From assembly GCF_963921235.1 (NCBI RefSeq), contig NC_086097.1:241244001-241308000 (forward strand): a stretch of 64,000 bases of DNA, given 5' to 3'. Positions within the stretch are counted from its first letter, which is position 1. Every line of letters begins with the position of its first letter. Both the position numbers and the translations under genes were made by a program. This DNA is from Mobula hypostoma (lineage: Eukaryota). Below are positions 61,705 to 64,000 of the stretch, piece after piece. Under the pieces are notes generated by a model. It did not search any database. It worked only from the letters and a program-made list of their open reading frames with translations, and was not told the origin of the DNA.

Positions 61705-62540
61705 CAGATCACTCCAAATGCAGCAAGACACGTACACTATCCAGGCCTGGGCTGATAGCTGGTGAGTAACATTCGCACCACACAAGTGTCAGGCAATAAT
61801 CATATCCATACATCCATAAGATCATAAGACATAGGAGCAGTATTAGACCATTTGGCTCTGCCATATCCAACAAAAAGATTTCCATCCAATACCCCTTGAT
61901 ATTCAATGGCATTTCTGTCAATGAGTACCTCATTATCAATATCCTGGGGATAGTTATTGACCAGAAACTAAATTAGAGCTTCCACGTATACAGTGACGCT
62001 ACAAGAGAGCTTGGAAGCTAGGAACCTCATGGTGATTAATATAACTTGTAAGTCTGTAAAACCTATCCACCATCTACAATGCTCAACTCAGGAGTGCGAT
62101 GGAATACTCTTTATTTTTGTAGATGAGGACAGCTTCAACAGCACTCAGGAAACTCGATGCCATAGAGGACTCAGCTTCCTGTTTGATAGTGACCCTATCT
62201 ACAACCATTCAATCACTCCACACCAACGTACAGTAGCGAATGTTTGCATTCATCTACAGTATGCACTGCAGCAACTCACCAAGAATCCTTAACTATCACC
62301 TTCTAAACCCACTGCCTCTATCAGCTGGAAGGACAAGGGCAGCAGAGGAATGGGAAGTCCATCGCCTTGAAGTTGCCCTACAAGCCATGTATAATCCTGA
62401 TCTGGAAATATATCGTCATTCCTTCATCATCCATGGGTTAAAATCCTGGAAGTCTCTCCCTAGCAGCATTATAAGCGTACACACACTTGAAGAACTACAG
62501 TGGATTAAGAAGGCAGCTCACCAGCACCTTCTCAAGAGGA
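61705..62540 (+). mobile_element. Old CR1/L2-group LINE 3' fragment of a distinct lineage
   Basis: ILGIVIDQKL, KSWKSLPSSII..LQWIKKAAHQHLLK; degenerate. Confidence 0.6.
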
Positions 62541-62542
62541 CT

Positions 62543-62770
62543 TAACTTACTTACTTACTTGGGCCCCTAGCTCATAAATGGAGCATAGGCCATCGATGAC
62601 CTCTGGTCTCCATCATCCTCTGGTCGATGGCAATGTTGGAGTTCATCAATGCTTCTGCAATCCATTCCATCCACTGTACAGGAGATCAGCCTATACAGCT
62701 TCACCAGAGCTCTGTTGGTCAGCTTTACCCAGTTCTACTTCTCAAGACGGCGACGTAGGGTGGGATTTTG
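62543..62770 (-). mobile_element. Short RTE-type 3' end with (TAAG)n tail
   Basis: Reverse complement gatggcctatgctcc...aagtaagtaagtaag. Confidence 0.5.
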
Positions 62771-64000
62771 AGAGGCTAGGGAAGTTAATAAAGGGCTACA
62801 AAACTGCACTTCTTGAATGAATTAAAAAAAATATATCATTACTGTCTATGCTCTGCCATTGAGATACTTTTTCAGTCCAGTTTGCCACTTTCCTTTGCAT
62901 TGATCATTGTCCTTTGTCGTATTCCATTGACTGACAGTCCAGAAGACTATAAGACATAGGAGCAGAATTAAAGTTTTGGTAGATCATTGGTGTAGAATAT
63001 AAGCGTAAAAAGCTTGGGCAATGATCTCCTAGGCATCAGGTTGCACCAGCTCCATACACAAGGACCTGCTTGTCTCATTTGATGGAGCTAACACGCCAAT
63101 CCACTTCAGTAACCGTACACCCATCATATACTTCTCAAGCTTTTGGCAGGAATTTATTTCTGGTACTGTTTCAAAACCTTACCAAAGTCTAAATAAACAA
63201 TGGCAACAAAGTCCCCTTTATCCAGAAGCCCTATTGCCTTCTCAAAGAATTCAAACAGATTTTTTAAGCATAATTTTATACCTTGTTGCTATTTTGATGA
63301 CTTCACGCCTCTCCAGGTCTACAATAGATTGCTTCAAGCCTCTACTTTCCACCACAGTTTTTGTTTGCTCTATACAGTCTGAATCGGGATTTCCACCAGG
63401 GCTCTCTCAATTAACCACTGCAGATTTGGCAAAATATCAGACTGTTGCAGAAATCCCAGCTGATTTGCTCAGTGTCTTCTTCTTCCCAATTCCACTAATT
63501 CAAAGAGACAGAACGGAGTGTGACTATTTTCACGGGAATTTTTCAAGATGCTAACCATCCAAGCACAAGCTGTAAGTAAAAGTGCAGACAGCTGGAATGC
63601 TAGGATAAAAATTTTCCACAATGTGTCAGCATGTAGCTGTAAGGAAGGACTGATCTGGGAAAAAACACTTAACAAGAAGTACCTTTTTGCAGATTTGATC
63701 CTATATTTGAGATTTGGTCTGTGTTGGCCCTGACGGAATTAAAACTTGGAAGAAACCATCAAACTGAAATGGATCAAGCGCCGTGGAAGTAGACAAACTA
63801 ATTGTCTTTGTTCTTGCCATGTGCTTGAAGGAAGGAAGGCTGCCATTTTGAGAAGCTGCTCTGTAACCTCCATTTTGTGAACTGTTTGATGGACTGATTC
63901 TTGCTCTGGGATAACTTAATCAGAGCAATTGAACATGGACACAAGGTGTTTCTGCTATTGATCTGCTAAACGTGAGATCATTCTCAGATACTTATCCGTG

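Noticed and set aside
63378..63571. Plus-strand coding exon
   Set aside because: Splice-like signals are present but all three frames contain stops and no protein is recognisable

Overview
Eukaryotic, repeat-saturated non-coding DNA. The repeat content (CR1/HER1-type LINEs, HE1/V-SINE-like SINEs) points to a cartilaginous fish, probably a ray or skate; this is inference. No host protein-coding gene, rRNA, true tRNA gene or CRISPR array could be supported. The window is a nested mosaic of CR1 and Rex1/Babar LINE fragments, RTE-related non-autonomous elements, tRNA-derived SINEs, Tc1/mariner remnants, two lineages of Penelope-like elements (PLEs, GIY-YIG endonuclease) and two minisatellites. 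The most notable signal is RNA-level. About ten copies of a minimal type I hammerhead ribozyme motif (CTGAnGA...GAAACGTC) lie in PLE pseudo-LTRs. Several tiny (113-550 bp) non-coding, often palindromic, TSD-flanked PLE derivatives accompany them, and one starts exactly at the predicted ribozyme cleavage site. Other points of interest: three short-element families sharing one 3' module, a YY1-headed non-autonomous LINE family, a Tc1-TIR-bracketed composite, a twin-priming-like Rex1 inversion and a CpG-rich 34-bp array fused to a CR1 RT fragment. All assignments were made by eye; boundaries of old repeats are approximate.
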